Shown here one piece after another: positions 63,340 to 64,000 of a DNA stretch of 64,000 nucleotides. Under the pieces are notes generated by a model. That model was given only the letters and a program-made list of their open reading frames with translations. It did not search any database and was not told the origin of the DNA. The translations under genes and the position numbers were made by a program. Source of the DNA: Epithemia pelagica. Its lineage: Eukaryota > Protista > Bacillariophyta. Positions within the stretch are counted from its first letter, which is position 1. Every line of letters begins with the position of its first letter. The stretch covers positions 2,852,001 to 2,916,000 of the forward strand of contig OX337233.1 of NCBI GenBank assembly GCA_946965045.2, written 5' to 3'.

Positions 63340-64000
63340 TTAGTCAAAGCCAGACGATGTAGATGCTTCTTCATGAAGCACTTCGAGAGGTGGCTCATTG
63401 CGCTCCCATTCAGAGTTGGCATTGCTATCCATGGAGCTTTCGCGCAAGGACCAAAGTCGGCCCACCATTCGACCTGGGTCACTGTTGGAGCTTTCTCGTC
63501 GCCCACTCCCCGATGATGTGTCTCGGTTGCTGCCATATCTGGAAGACCACTTGTGCACACTGAGTGGCAAAGGAGCCTCTTTATCGTTTCCGCTCGTCTC
63601 AGAGTATCCTTCTTTCTGGAGCAACTTTGGTGCGAAGTAAATTCCGATTGTCGTTAGAGCGTCAAAACTGAAAATAAGACTCCGGGCAGCTGCTACATCG
63701 GCATGGTTTAGTGAACCATCCAGAACGTATGTAATAGCTCGAAGAATGACGAGGACAAACTGGGAATAGATCATCATTGCCAGCACCTTTGTTTCGTTCA
63801 AATCCTCGCGAACTTTTCGTGTTTGGAACGCCAACACCGAAGCACAAAGCAATAAAAGGGCTTGCCATGAAACACCCAAAAAGTTCCATACTTCTTGGTC
63901 CGAGCCGCAGTAATACGAGCGCTTCACAACGGTTTCACCATTCTCCGATTCGTTCTCGGTCAGTTCAAACTCTTCGTCTTTTCTCGGGGGGTCCATCGTT
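63340..64000 (-). CDS. C-terminal part of a class C (7tm_3, GABA-B-like) GPCR; gene continues beyond the window
   Basis: MDPP...YYCGS...W...LLLLCASVLAFQTRKVREDLNET..LAMMIYSQF...IYFAPK. Confidence 0.8.
   Translation of the reverse strand, partial: TMDPPRKDEEFELTENESENGETVVKRSYYCGSDQEVWNFLGVSWQALLLLCASVLAFQTRKVREDLNETKVLAMMIYSQFVLVILRAITYVLDGSLNHADVAAARSLIFSFDALTTIGIYFAPKLLQKEGYSETSGNDKEAPLPLSVHKWSSRYGSNRDTSSGSGRRESSNSDPGRMVGRLWSLRESSMDSNANSEWERNEPPLEVLHEEASTSSGFD

Noticed and set aside
21706-63889. Numerous long antisense or alternate-frame ORFs (e.g. 27809..29065, 35441..36412, 43002..43859, 44323..45561)
   Set aside because: Shadow ORFs of real genes caused by codon bias and low-complexity tracts; no independent motifs.
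1-64000. tRNA, rRNA, CRISPR arrays and telomeric repeat arrays
   Set aside because: No cloverleaf with T-loop consensus, no rRNA signature, no regularly spaced repeat-spacer array and no TTAGGG array was seen by eye.

Overview
Gene-dense eukaryotic nuclear DNA, most likely from a raphid pennate diatom (Seminavis-like). This is inferred from the short GT-AG introns, an ASAFAP-type plastid presequence, a diatom-type hybrid His kinase, kelch and class-C GPCR families, and an Ambal-like retroelement. About 23 host genes or pseudogenes are recognisable: SDS22, a HAD phosphatase, two kelch genes, TOM40, two membrane paralogues, a hybrid His kinase, VPS8, TatD, POL5/MYBBP1A, a cyclophilin-like gene, a TRF-like Myb, aguB, secernin, an AAA ATPase, an SLP phosphatase, a PA-RING ligase, a MerT-HMA fusion, a plastid kinase-like gene, ADAT1-like, DONSON, a GPCR and two uncharacterised membrane genes. 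No rRNA, tRNA or CRISPR was seen. Highlights: (1) a full-length 8.4-kb non-LTR retrotransposon (APE-RT-RNase H-CCHC) with a 17-19 bp target-site duplication containing a perfect CATGACGTCATG palindrome; it ends in an oligo(T) rather than oligo(A) tail that merges with the TT of the target, the mirror image of L1-type priming. (2) A family of non-autonomous DNA transposons (743 bp and 83 bp copies) with 10-bp TSDs and self-folding termini; an internal TIR hairpin is preserved by compensatory substitutions, and both copies sit in divergent promoters. (3) An intronless bacterial MerT+MerP-like fusion gene just downstream of the larger element. (4) A phage-type AAA ATPase pseudogene with its Walker A GKT deleted. 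(5) A cluster of gene lesions, including one in essential TOM40, among otherwise intact very long ORFs. All homology calls are from motif recognition and memory; no searches were run.
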